Shown piece by piece: positions 12,247-24,819 of a stretch of DNA of 43,989 nucleotides; the stretch's first letter is position 1; the number at the start of each line of letters is the position of its first letter. This DNA comes from Eledone cirrhosa (taxonomy: Eukaryota). The stretch lies in assembly GCA_964016885.1 (NCBI GenBank), contig CAXHJY010001336.1, forward strand, positions 1 to 43,989, given 5' to 3'. A program made the position numbers and the translations under genes. The notes beneath the pieces were generated by a model. The model made no database searches and had not been told where the DNA came from. It saw only the letters and a list, made by a program, of their open reading frames with translations.

Positions 12247-12440
12247 TCCTTTGTCAGTGTTGAACAAACGAGCAACGATGGTTGCTGGACACTATGGCTT
12301 AATACGGGATGTTTGTTTACAAACACACCGAGCATTATAATAAATGTTCGGTGAATCCATACGTACATATATATATATGTGTGCATGTATGTATATATAC
12401 ATACTACTGTACGTCTGTATACATATATGTATGTACGTGT

Positions 12441-13716
12441 TTACATCCGATATCGAACCTCAGGCAGCATATTTAACATCAGGCGCTTTGCTGCGAAGAC
12501 AAAAGTATTTACATCAGTCATAAGAGACCTCTTGTATGCAGATGATTGCGATCTTGTAGCGCACACAGAGAGTGATATGCAGCACATTTTGAATGCATTT
12601 TCTGACGCTTGCACTGCCCTGGGTTTGACTGTCAGTCTCAAGAAAACCGTCATCATGTACCAACCTGCCCCTAGTAAGCAGTACACTGAACCAAACATCT
12701 ATGTGTATGGCAAACGACTTGGAGTGGTTGATCAGTTTGTCTACCTGGGAAGCACTGTCAATCGATACAGCAACCTTGACAGTGAAATCTCACTTAGGAT
12801 TAGGAAAGCAAGTGATGCTTTCGGAAAGCTAGAAAGGCGACTCTGGGGTCGGCGAGACATATGCAGGAGGACAAAGGTAAAGGTGTACAGGGCATGTGTG
12901 CTCTCTTGTCTTCTTTATGCCTGCGAGACCTGGGTCACATATCGACACCACCTTAAGCAATTGGAGCGTTTCCATCAGATGTGTCTCAGACGGATCCATG
13001 GCGTTCACTGGAGGGACCACATCAGTGATGTCGAGATTTTGGAAAGCTCTATGTGTGACAGTATAGAAGCTCTTGTGCTTAAGCAACGACTCCGTTGGAG
13101 TGGTCACCTTACCAGGATGAAGGATTCTAGAATACCAAAACAACTCTTTTATGGAGAGTTGGTTAAAGGAAAACGACCGCCACATAAACCAAAAAGGAGG
13201 TATACGGATTCCTTGAAAGCCTCTCTGAAAGACGCTAACATCTCTGTTGATACATGGGAAAATATTGCTGCTGATCGTAATAAATGGAGAAAGACTGTAT
13301 ATGAGGGAAAAGTTGCCTTTGAGGCATCTCGAATCGCACACGAGAAAGTAAAGCGGGACGTGAGGAAGGGCATTGCTGTTGCACTTCCACATGGCGAGGG
13401 TCCTCCTATGGTGCTGACATGCAGCGTCTGTGCGAGACTCTGCCTAAGTAAAGCTGGACTCGAAAGTCATCTTCGCAGTCATAAAGTAAGACCAGTGGTT
13501 GACTACCAGGCTGCTGTTGGAGATGCTACTCATCATGCTTGCCAAACATGTGGTAGAGAATGTAAATCAGCAGGAGGCCTCAAGCGACATACAAAAGTAC
13601 ACAAACTCCAACCACAGCCGACTATTCCCAGTGAATGTTTTGGTTGCCGACTCTGTGCAAGACATTTTAGATCATTGGCTGGGCTAAAAAGCCACATTCG
13701 ATCGCAGCACTGTTAG
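12441..13716 (+). mobile_element. 5'-truncated RTE-clade LINE ORF: RT C-half plus three C2H2 zinc fingers, frame intact
   Basis: LLYADDCDL, FVYLGS, LLYACETW, RLRWSGHLTRM, GKRPPHKPKRRY and three CxxC-x12-H-x3/4-H fingers; ends in (TG)n. The ATG at 12379 is microsatellite-derived. Confidence 0.9.
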
Positions 13717-13824
13717 TTGCTATCGTGTGTGTGTGTGTGTGTGTGTGTAGATATGCTTATGTGCGTGCGTGTGTGTGTGTATATATATATGAATATGTAT
13801 ATTATTATTGTTGTTGTCGTTATT

Positions 13825-14640
13825 ATTATTGGTGTTATTCCTTGAATCTCAGTCATTGATGTTGGTTAACTGGAAAGTCCGTTGGAATGAATATCAAGCC
13901 ACTACCTGCAGCCTCAGATATTCAGGACGTATCGGAGGGTTCTTGCTGTTCCAAGCAAGCATGCCTTTTGAAGCGTTCCAAAAAGCGTGAAGGGGCCGAT
14001 TTTCTTTAACCATCCCTGGAAACTTTTGGAGATAGTCCCCAGTGCGCCTATGACAATCGGGATCACTTTGACTTCATGGCAGTTCCAAATCCTTTTCACC
14101 TCCCACTTTAGGTCCTGGTATCGGTTAATTTTCTCCCTCTCCTTCTCTTGCACTCTCGTGTCGAAAGGGCAGGCCACATCCACAATCAGACACAATCTTT
14201 TTTCTTTGTCCACAACCACCAGGTCAGGTCTATTGTATTCCAGTTTTTTGTCCGTCTGTATCCTAAAATCCCACAGCACCTTCACCTGATTGTTCTCCAT
14301 CACCGCCTCTGGCCTATGCTCATACCATTTCTCAGAATGTGGTAAACTGTTTACTTTGCACAGGTGCCAGTGGATCACCCTGCCCATCACATCGTGTCTC
14401 CAGCCCATATAGTGGGTCTGGGCTAGGTGTTTACACTCGGATACAATGTGAGCCACAGTCTCCTCTCTCTCTTCACAGATCCTGCACAGTGGGCTAGCCT
14501 CCTCCTTGTAAATATGGTGCTTCAACCACTTCGTTTTGAGGGCCTGCTCCTGCGCAGCCATTAGCATTCCTTCTGTAGCCTTTTTGAGGTCTCCTCTTCT
14601 CAACCAGTTCCATGTCTGTGGATCTCTAAATTCAGTTTTC
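13825..14640 (-). mobile_element. R4/Dong-like non-LTR retrotransposon 3' fragment (CCHC knuckle plus restriction-like endonuclease)
   Basis: CRIC..ETVAHIVSEC, RHD, RPDLVVVDK..IVDVACP..KEREKINRY; stop at 13914; short 3' UTR runs into (AAT)n. Confidence 0.88.
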
Positions 14641-14641
14641 G

Positions 14642-14674
<33 letters not shown>

Positions 14675-14930
14675 TATGTATATTATTATTGTTGTAGTCG
14701 TTCGTTATTATTATTATTGCTATTATTATTATTATTATCATTATTATTATTGTTATTAATGTATGTGTGTGTATATGTGTGAGTGTATGTGTATGTATGT
14801 GTGTATGTATATATGTATGTATATATATATATATATATATTTCTTTTTTTCTTTTCTTTACCTTTTTTTTTTTAAATTTATTTATTATTATTATTTTTTT
14901 TATTTTATTTTATTTATTTATTTTTTTCTT
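14641..14930. repeat. (TA)n, (ATT)n, (TG)n and T-rich low-complexity block
   Basis: Direct inspection. Confidence 0.85.
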
Positions 14931-15052
14931 CTCGTGCAATGGCCATACTCGATAACGAGGGGGCAGCCATCATCATGTACGTGTACATACTTATATTTAA
15001 GTAACAGCCGTAATATGAGTGGGAAATGAAATTTCGTTTCATTTTTTCCGTT

Positions 15053-15176
15053 TATATATACATATATACATATACACATACATATACATACACACATACA
15101 TACACACATACATACATACATACACACACATACATACACACATACATACACACATACACACATACATACATACATA

Positions 15177-15210
<34 letters not shown>

Positions 15211-15596
15211 CATACATATATACATACATATATACATACATATATACATACATATATACATACATATATACATACATATATACATACATATATACATACA
15301 TATATACATACATACATACATACATACATACATACATACATACATACATACATACAGACATATATACATACATATATACATACATACATATATACATACA
15401 TACATATATACATACATACATATATACATACATATATATATACATACATATATACATACATATATACAAACATATATATATACATACATATATATATACA
15501 TACATATATACATACATATATACAAACATATATATATACATACATATATATATACATATATACATACATATTTACATACAAGCATATATACATATA
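15053..15596. repeat. (TACA/TATA)n microsatellite
   Basis: Direct inspection. Confidence 0.95.
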
Positions 15597-16249
15597 AGCA
15601 TAAACGAACTAAGGAAAAAATTAGAAATAAGAGGGATCAGATGTTGTTTACTCGAGAGAAGGCTACGTTGGTACGGTCACGTGATGCGCATGAAAGACGA
15701 TAGCTGTATAGCAAAGTGCAGGGCAATAAAGATAGACGGTAGCCACGGAGTAGGCAGACCCAGAAAAACCTGGGACGAGCTGATAAATTCCGACCTGACA
15801 CACTTACACCTCTCCAAGACAATGTCACTGGACCGAGACCTTTGGCGGTACTCAGTAATAGAGAAGACCCGCCTTACCTAAATACAAAGTAACAGTCAGT
15901 AGGCATCTCTAACAAAATACACTCCCACCCCATCCACACCGCCCCTTTCAATGTAAAGTTATGTTGGTGCCACAAAATCCAGGCCGAAACAAATGAGATC
16001 GTGTAGGTGTCACGACAAAAAAAACACACAGTCCACGCTGTAATGTGGCCGTGTAGGCAACACGGTAAAAACCTCCCAGACCCACATTGTAAATGTGGTT
16101 GGTGTTAGGAAGGGCATCCAGCTGTAGAAAACCCGCCAGACAGTCCTATGCGAGCAAGACAATCACTCTTGCCTCAAGTGGGAAAACTCCCGTCCAAACC
16201 CATGCAAGCGTGGAACATGGACGTTAAACGATGATGATGATGATGATGA
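15597..16249 (+). mobile_element. RTE LINE 3' end (ORF tail plus 3' UTR)
   Basis: [22 protein letters not shown]; closely matches 36446-37228; (GAT)n tail. Confidence 0.88.
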
Positions 16250-16431
16250 TATATCATTTATTATTAACATTAATTAAAAAAATAATAATCATATATAATT
16301 CTTTAAAAACATTTTATTTGCATTTTTTAAGTGAAGGACCTCAAATTTCATGAGGGCCTCACCAGGTGAAAATCTGAACCTGATTGCAAATATGATATGC
16401 CAGGTACTTAGTCATTGTTATTGTTGTTTAG

Positions 16432-16650
16432 GGTCGGCGATTGGCAGTATCGGTTGAGCGTTGGGCAACATGCTTTGTGGTATTGAGTTACGGCCCTTTA
16501 CGTTCAGAGTTCGAATCTTGCTGAGGTTAGATTTTCCTTTCATCCCTACAGGGTCAATAAAATAAAGTACCAGTAACGCCCTGGGGTTGATTTAATCGAC
16601 TTTCCCCACCTGTTCAAATTGCTGGCTTTGTGCCTAAATCAGAAACAATT
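16432..16650 (+). mobile_element. tRNA-derived SINE
   Basis: Same family as 2912-3100 (GAGTTCGAATC B-box; AATAAAGTACCAG). Confidence 0.78.
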
Positions 16651-17247
16651 GTTGTTTAGCCATAGAAAAGCCCAATTGAGTAGATCTATGGTGAAAGACA
16701 ATCCAGCCAGTGCCATCTCGTCTTTTCAAGTGTATGTACAACTAAATTCTCTCATCTATCCTGTCTTTATAGAAGACAGCAGGATATGATTTAAAGGAGA
16801 CTTGGCTGCCATTTCTATCAGATACCATGTAGAGGATTCCAATAGTTAGCAGGGGTTGCTGATGTGAATATGTGAAGAAACACTCAACACCATCACCATT
16901 ATCACTATCATCACATTACTACTGTTATTAATATCACAATTATCACTACCACTGCTATCATCATCACCAATATTGTTACCATCATTATTGCTACCACCAC
17001 CACCACCACACCACCACACCACCACCACTGTTGGAAATCATACATATAGAAACTCAAACACACAGACACAGACACACTGACAGACAGACACACTGACAGA
17101 CAGACACACACACACACACACACACAGACAATCATTGACTTGTTTTTGTTGTTATTGTTACTGTTCTGGTTTTTCTGACTATTGTTACTGTTTTTATTTT
17201 TGTTATTCTGGTCAAATAGGTTGTAACTTGTTGTTGTGTAGCCCTAA

Positions 17248-17398
17248 GCCAGTCCTGGGCCAGTCCTAGGTCAGTCCTGGGTCAGTCCTAGGTCAGTCCT
17301 GGGTCAGTCCTAGGTCAGTCCTGGGTCAGTCCTAGGCCAGTCCTAGGTCAGTCCTAGGCCAGTCCTGGGCCAGTCCTAGGCCAGTCCTGGGCCAGTCC
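17248..17398. repeat. 10-bp minisatellite GG(C/T)CAGTCCT(A/G), ~15 copies
   Basis: Direct inspection. Confidence 0.92.
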
Positions 17399-17481
17399 TC
17401 AATACATTAACATACAGTGGTTTATGTAGTTGTTATTGTTGTATAACCCCAGTTCAGTCGTAATTCAACAGATCTCAGACT

Positions 17482-17683
17482 TATGGATATTGTACTAAAA
17501 GTTCAGAAACTGACTATAAAGGAGTGATGTTAGAGTTGTGAAATCTTGCATGCACTAATTTCAACACTTTTTATTAATAACTCCATTGTATCTTTCCAGG
17601 GACTATGTTGAAAAATAAACCTCATTTGGTCATTCCATGAGAGTATCTTGGTCATCTTATGAACTTTTCAGCTGACCCTCATA
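17482..17683. mobile_element. mariner-derived MITE, second copy
   Basis: Aligns with 1576-1777; right TIR GAACTTTTCAGCTGACCCTCATA. Confidence 0.72.
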
Positions 17684-17825
17684 TAGGAGTATGGTGTCAC
17701 AGTGTAGTTATGTTATATTCTCTCCGCTGGTCAGTAGGTTTTAATATGTCATTTGTTGATGTATCACACAAGGTCAGTCCTGACCAAATAAAAATGCAAT
17801 CAAAGATATTCCAGTTGTGACCATC

Positions 17826-18047
17826 CTGTTTTTATGGTCATCACACAGTAACACAAAAGGCCTGACCCCCCCCCCCCCGGTACAAGCTGAAGCTGAAGCA
17901 TATAGACAATATGCCCCAACACCCTCCCACTGTAAAGTGGCTGTGGAGGTGCGACAGTAAAAAGCCCCCACTTAAATGAGGTTGGTGTTAGGAAGGGCAT
18001 CCAGCTGTAGAAATCAAGCCAGAATCAGTTACTGTATGAGCAAGATA
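17826..18047 (+). mobile_element. Truncated copy of the 4495-4810 retroposon
   Basis: Shares GGTACAAGCTGAAGC..CACCCTCCCACTG..GGAAGGGCATCCAGCTGTAGAAATC; ends at the satellite start. Confidence 0.75.
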
Positions 18048-18048
18048 A

Positions 18049-21000
18049 GTGGTGTTAAACCAGGTAATGGACACTGCTAAAATCATCTTATAGTCAGGTG
18101 GTGGTGTTAAACCAGGTAATGGACACTGCTAAAATCATCTTATAGTCAGGTGGTGGTGTTAAACCAGGTAATGGACACTGCTAAAATCATCTTATAGTCA
18201 GGTGGTGGTGTTAAACCAGGTAATGGACACTGCTAAAATCATCTTATAGTCAGGTGGTGGTGTTAAACCAGGTAATGGACACTGCTAAAATCATCTTATA
18301 GTCAGGTGGTGGTGTTAAACCAGGTAATGGACACTGCTAAAATCATCTTATAGTCAGGTGGTGGTGTTAAACCAGGTAATGGACACTGCTAAAATCACCT
18401 TATAGTCAGGTGGTGGTGTTAAACCAGATAATGGACACTGCTAAAATCGGCCTATAGTCAGGTGGTGGTGTTAAACCAGATAACGGACACTGCTAAAATC
18501 GGCCTATAGTCAGGTGGTGGTGTTAAACCAGGTAATGGACACTGCTAAAATCATCTTATAGTCAGGTGGTGGTGTTAAACCAGGTAATGGACACTGCTAA
18601 AATCATCTTATAGTCAGGTGGTGGTGTTAAACCAGGTAATGGACACTGCTAAAATCACCTTATAGTCAGGTGGTGGTGTTAAACCAGATAATGGACACTG
18701 CTAAAATCGGCCTATAGTCAGGTGGTGGTGTTAAACCAGATAACGGACACTGCTAAAATCGGCCTATAGTCAGGTGGTGGTGTTAAACCAGGTAATGGAC
18801 ACTGCTAAAATCATCTTATAGTCAGGTGGTGGTGTTAAACCAGGTAATGGACACTGCTAAAATCATCTTATAGTCAGGTGGTGGTGTTAAACCAGGTAAT
18901 GGACACTGCTAAAATCACCTTATAGTCAGGTGGTGGTGTTAAACCAGATAATGGACACTGCTAAAATCGGCCTATAGTCAGGTGGTGGTGTTAAACCAGA
19001 TAACGGACACTGCTAAAATCGGCCTATAGTCAGGTGGTGGTGTTAAACCAGGTAATGGACACTGCTAAAATCACCTTATAGTCAGGTGGTGGTGTTAAAC
19101 CAGATAATGGACACTGCTAAAATCGGCCTATAGTCAGGTGGTGGTGTTAAACCAGGTAATGGACACTGCTAAAATCATCTTATAGTCAGGTGGTGGTGTT
19201 AAACCAGGTAATGGACACTGCTAAAATCATCTTATAGTCAGGTGGTGGTGTTAAACCAGGTAATGGACACTGCTAAAATCATCTTATAGTCAGGTGGTGG
19301 TGTTAAACCAGGTAATGGACACTGCTAAAATCATCTTATAGTCAGGTGGTGGTGTTAAACCAGGTAATGGACACTGCTAAAATCATCTTATAGTCAGGTG
19401 GTGGTGTTAAACCAGGTAATGGACACTGCTAAAATCATCTTATAGTCAGGTGGTGGTGTTAAACCAGGTAATGGACACTGCTAAAATCATCTTATAGTCA
19501 GGTGGTGGTGTTAAACCAGGTAATGGACACTGCTAAAATCATCTTATAGTCAGGTGGTGGTGTTAAACCAGGTAATGGACACTGCTAAAATCACCTTATA
19601 GTCAGGTGGTGGTGTTAAACCAGATAATGGACACTGCTAAAATCGGCCTATAGTCAGGTGGTGGTGTTAAACCAGATAACGGACACTGCTAAAATCGGCC
19701 TATAGTCAGGTGGTGGTGTTAAACCAGGTAATGGACACTGCTAAAATCATCTTATAGTCAGGTGGTGGTGTTAAACCAGGTAATGGACACTGCTAAAATC
19801 ATCTTATAGTCAGGTGGTGGTGTTAAACCAGGTAATGGACACTGCTAAAATCACCTTATAGTCAGGTGGTGGTGTTAAACCAGATAATGGACACTGCTAA
19901 AATCGGCCTATAGTCAGGTGGTGGTGTTAAACCAGATAACGGACACTGCTAAAATCGGCCTATAGTCAGGTGGTGGTGTTAAACCAGGTAATGGACACTG
20001 CTAAAATCATCTTATAGTCAGGTGGTGGTGTTAAACCAGGTAATGGACACTGCTAAAATCATCTTATAGTCAGGTGGTGGTGTTAAACCAGGTAATGGAC
20101 ACTGCTAAAATCACCTTATAGTCAGGTGGTGGTGTTAAACCAGATAATGGACACTGCTAAAATCGGCCTATAGTCAGGTGGTGGTGTTAAACCAGATAAC
20201 GGACACTGCTAAAATCGGCCTATAGTCAGGTGGTGGTGTTAAACCAGGTAATGGACACTGCTAAAATCACCTTATAGTCAGGTGGTGGTGTTAAACCAGA
20301 TAATGGACACTGCTAAAATCGGCCTATAGTCAGGTGGTGGTGTTAAACCAGATAACGGACACTGCTAAAATCGGCCTATAGTCAGGTGGTGGTGTTAAAC
20401 CAGGTAATGGACACTGCTAAAATCATCTTATAGTCAGGTGGTGGTGTTAAACCAGGTAATGGACACTGCTAAAATCATCTTATAGTCAGGTGGTGGTGTT
20501 AAACCAGGTAATGGACACTGCTAAAATCATCTTATAGTCAGGTGGTGGTGTTAAACCAGGTAATGGACACTGCTAAAATCATCTTATAGTCAGGTGGTGG
20601 TGTTAAACCAGGTAATGGACACTGCTAAAATCATCTTATAGTCAGGTGGTGGTGTTAAACCAGGTAATGGACACTGCTAAAATCACCTTATAGTCAGGTG
20701 GTGGTGTTAAACCAGATAATGGACACTGCTAAAATCGGCCTATAGTCAGGTGGTGGTGTTAAACCAGATAACGGACACTGCTAAAATCGGCCTATAGTCA
20801 GGTGGTGGTGTTAAACCAGGTAATGGACACTGCTAAAATCATCTTATAGTCAGGTGGTGGTGTTAAACCAGGTAATGGACACTGCTAAAATCATCTTATA
20901 GTCAGGTGGTGGTGTTAAACCAGGTAATGGACACTGCTAAAATCACCTTATAGTCAGGTGGTGGTGTTAAACCAGATAATGGACACTGCTAAAATCGGCC

Positions 21001-22171
21001 TATAGTCAGGTGGTGGTGTTAAACCAGATAACGGACACTGCTAAAATCGGCCTATAGTCAGGTGGTGGTGTTAAACCAGGTAATGGACACTGCTAAAATC
21101 ACCTTATAGTCAGGTGGTGGTGTTAAACCAGATAATGGACACTGCTAAAATCGGCCTATAGTCAGGTGGTGGTGTTAAACCAGGTAATGGACACTGCTAA
21201 AATCATCTTATAGTCAGGTGGTGGTGTTAAACCAGGTAATGGACACTGCTAAAATCATCTTATAGTCAGGTGGTGGTGTTAAACCAGGTAATGGACACTG
21301 CTAAAATCATCTTATAGTCAGGTGGTGGTGTTAAACCAGGTAATGGACACTGCTAAAATCATCTTATAGTCAGGTGGTGGTGTTAAACCAGGTAATGGAC
21401 ACTGCTAAAATCATCTTATAGTCAGGTGGTGGTGTTAAACCAGGTAATGGACACTGCTAAAATCATCTTATAGTCAGGTGGTGGTGTTAAACCAGGTAAT
21501 GGACACTGCTAAAATCATCTTATAGTCAGGTGGTGGTGTTAAACCAGGTAATGGACACTGCTAAAATCATCTTATAGTCAGGTGGTGGTGTTAAACCAGG
21601 TAATGGACACTGCTAAAATCATCTTATAGTCAGGTGGTGGTGTTAAACCAGGTAATGGACACTGCTAAAATCATCTTATAGTCAGGTGGTGGTGTTAAAC
21701 CAGGTAATGGACACTGCTAAAATCACCTTATAGTCAGGTGGTGGTGTTAAACCAGATAATGGACACTGCTAAAATCGGCCTATAGTCAGGTGGTGGTGTT
21801 AAACCAGATAACGGACACTGCTAAAATCGGCCTATAGTCAGGTGGTGGTGTTAAACCAGGTAATGGACACTGCTAAAATCATCTTATAGTCAGGTGGTGG
21901 TGTTAAACCAGGTAATGGACACTGCTAAAATCATCTTATAGTCAGGTGGTGGTGTTAAACCAGATAATGGACACTGCTAAAATCATCTTATAGTCAGGTG
22001 GTGGTGTTAAACCAGGTAATGGACACTGCTAAAATCATCTTATAGTCAGGTGGTGGTGTTAAACCAGGTAATGGACACTGCTAAAATCATCTTATAGTCA
22101 GGTGGTGGTGTTAAACCAGGTAATGGACACTGCTAAAATCATCTTATAGTCAGGTGGTGGTGTTAAACCAG
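18049..22171. repeat. 52-bp satellite array, 79 full units, with higher-order organisation
   Basis: Unit GTGGTGTTAAACCAGGTAATGGACACTGCTAAAATCATCTTATAGTCAGGTG with constant 52-bp phase. Confidence 0.98.
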
Positions 22172-22419
22172 ATGATGGATTAAGTTTATCACCCAAACAG
22201 GCAATACTTGGATTTGAACTCGACACAAACAACTTAAACAATTACTGCAATATATCACACCTAATGTTCTAACAATTTGGTTAATTCCTTACTTTGTATT
22301 GGGACTTTATCAATCTGAAAGAATGAAAGGTCATGTTGACATCAAAAGGATTTGAACACAGAGTGCAATAAATCGGAACAAATACTGCAAGCCATTTTAT
22401 CATACATTCTAATCATAAC

Positions 22420-22895
22420 CATTTCATGTCCATTTTTCCACACTAACATGGTTAGATGAGCTGTTTTGTGAGCAATGCCACGTTAGGTGACCATGTCTTG
22501 TTCATACAGAACTGATTTTGGTTTGGTTTCTACAGCTGGATGCACTTCCTAATGCCAATCTTATTTACAGTGAGTACTGGGTGCTTTTGTTGTGACACCT
22601 ACATGACCACTTTACAGTGTGGACTGGATGCTATTTGTCATGATACCTACATGACTACTTTACAGTTTGGGCAGGGTGCTTTTTACCATGACACCTACAC
22701 AACCACTTTACAGTGAGGACTGGGAGCTTTTTGTCATATCACCATCACAACCACTTTACAGTGTGGGCTGGAGGCTTCACTGGATGTATACTTCGGCCTG
22801 TCTTCATGGAGATGTATGGGAGGGTGGAGTGGTGCATTCTATATGTATGCTTCAGCTTCGGCCAGTGCCCGTGGGAAGGCAGGTCTTCTGTATTT
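22420..22895 (-). mobile_element. Retroposon of the 4495-4810 family with internal ~47-bp tandem subrepeats
   Basis: TTTCTACAGCTGGATGCACTTCCTAA on the + strand; repeated ACCACTTTACAGT motifs. Confidence 0.7.
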
Positions 22896-23630
22896 ACTAA
22901 TTTGTTGTTGGTATAAGAATATAAAAGAGTCAGTTATGAGTTGTAAAGACACAAAACTCATGAATTATAAATAAAAGAGAAAGAAATGAAAAGTAAATAT
23001 AATGAAGTTAGCTGCACAAACAGACAACCTGAAATAAGTTGTATGTCATTACATGGAAACCAGCCAAGTAATATTTGGTAGCTGACACATTAATTACAGG
23101 TAAGAACAACAGAACAGTCACACGACAGGAAGGAATACAACCTGTACAGGTAGAATAGATCACAGCCTATAGAATATAAAATATTTGCATGTCTCTGGCA
23201 GTTGGCCAGTAAATGTTTGATGGTTATCTAAATAATCTATGACCATGTTTAACATCACCACCTGACCCTCAGGTATCTTTAGCAGAGTCCACTTTGTTAC
23301 AAGCATTTATATTAAATCACCAATATGTTGTTGTTGTTGTAGTGGTTTACACATGCATCAATTCAGCTGCTTTCCTATGATATTGCATCTCATAAGAGAT
23401 TTCTTGGGCTTTTAAATGATGGAGTCTCTCCATCGTGTAATGATTTTCCTGGTGACACAAGGCATGGGTTGAACTCAGCACAGAACTGGAACAAGTCAAC
23501 TTTGCCTTTCATTCTTTTAGGATTGACAACTAAAATAGCATCTATGGTGGTGGATTGACAGAATTGGTAGAGTATTGAAAGAGGTGTGTTGCAGTATATG
23601 TTCTGAGTTGAAATGACAGATGGCTGGATT

Positions 23631-23830
23631 TACCATATATACTTAAATATAAGCTGATTCAAATATAAGCCACACTCCTATTTTATGTCCAAGAAGGTGA
23701 AAATCCAAACCCTGTTTATAAACCGAGGCAGCTAATCAACACATTGTTTAGATGGTCTATATATGCCAACCTCCCTTCTTCCATCGATTTTTTGGGTCAC
23801 ATATTCCTCAGCTTATATTCAAGTATGGTT
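23631..23830. mobile_element. Tc2/pogo-like MITE
   Basis: Imperfect TIRs ACCATATATACTTAAATATAAGCTGA / TCAGCTTATATTCAAGTATGGT. Confidence 0.55.
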
Positions 23831-24819
23831 TAACACCACCTTCTACCACTTGGATGTCTTCAATGGATACCATTCTGTTGCAAGCATTCATACCAAGTCA
23901 CCACTAATTTCAGATTACCTTTCTTCTTTCCTTGCCCCAGTAAAAAACAAAACAAAAAACCTTGAAATTTCTGTATGTTACTAGTTGAGAGTCAATTAAC
24001 ATCCACTAACCTAGAGATCAAGTATTGAACAGACAGGTAGACCCTTTCAGAGAATGAAGAGGTCCCCTCCAATATAACCTGTAGTTATACTTCTGACACT
24101 AAATCTTCACATGTAATGGGTAGAATACCCCAGAAAATGAAAGGACTATCCTCAACAGAACTTACTGTTAAAATCCCAGTAGTAAAGCTACCCGTGTTAA
24201 ATACAGATCGGCAGATCCCTTATCACATAAGGGATCTGTTAGGCTCATGACCATACAATTATGGTTTCCTGTTCCTAGACTGAATGGTGCATTGTGATTT
24301 TGAGCAAGGCAAGGCTTTTCATTTCATGCTGCTCCAGTCCTCTCAGCAGGAAGAATGAGTATCAGTAATAACAGCAGCTAGGGATAAACCTTGTGATGGA
24401 TTGGTGTCCAGTCCTGGGCTGAGTCTTGCACTCTTAGAAGCTTAATACCACATGAAATTGGAAGAAATTGTATCCTGATAAGATAGACATTAAGAACCCT
24501 AATTAAATGCAGATGGGGAGAGACTTCCATATAAGGAATAGGAGACTTGCAGTTAAACCTCCAGGAGTTAAACTAAACATGTTAAATATAGATGAACCAA
24601 GAAATAAGAATAGATTGAAGACCAAAGATCATGAAACCAATAAAAATGAAGGAAAATAACAAACCATCATATTATGGTTGAATCAAAAATTATTTTAAAG
24701 AGCTTATTAAGTATTGGCAGAGATGGTGTGCTGAATATTTGGGGAATTCAGAGAGAAATATGAAGTGAAGGTACTGAAGGAAGGAAAGGGGCTTTCTGTT
24801 ATAATACAGCGTTGCTCAG

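Larger units (their letters stand above)
11724..12440. repeat. ~720-bp near-perfect palindrome (head-to-head copies of a Penelope-pLTR-like unit)
   Basis: Arms 11724-12080 and 12092-12440, loop 12081-12091; by eye 16 mismatches in the ~270-bp unique part. Confidence 0.95.

Noticed and set aside
18049-22171. CRISPR-like array
   Set aside because: No unique spacers, no cas genes, eukaryotic context; it is a pure tandem satellite
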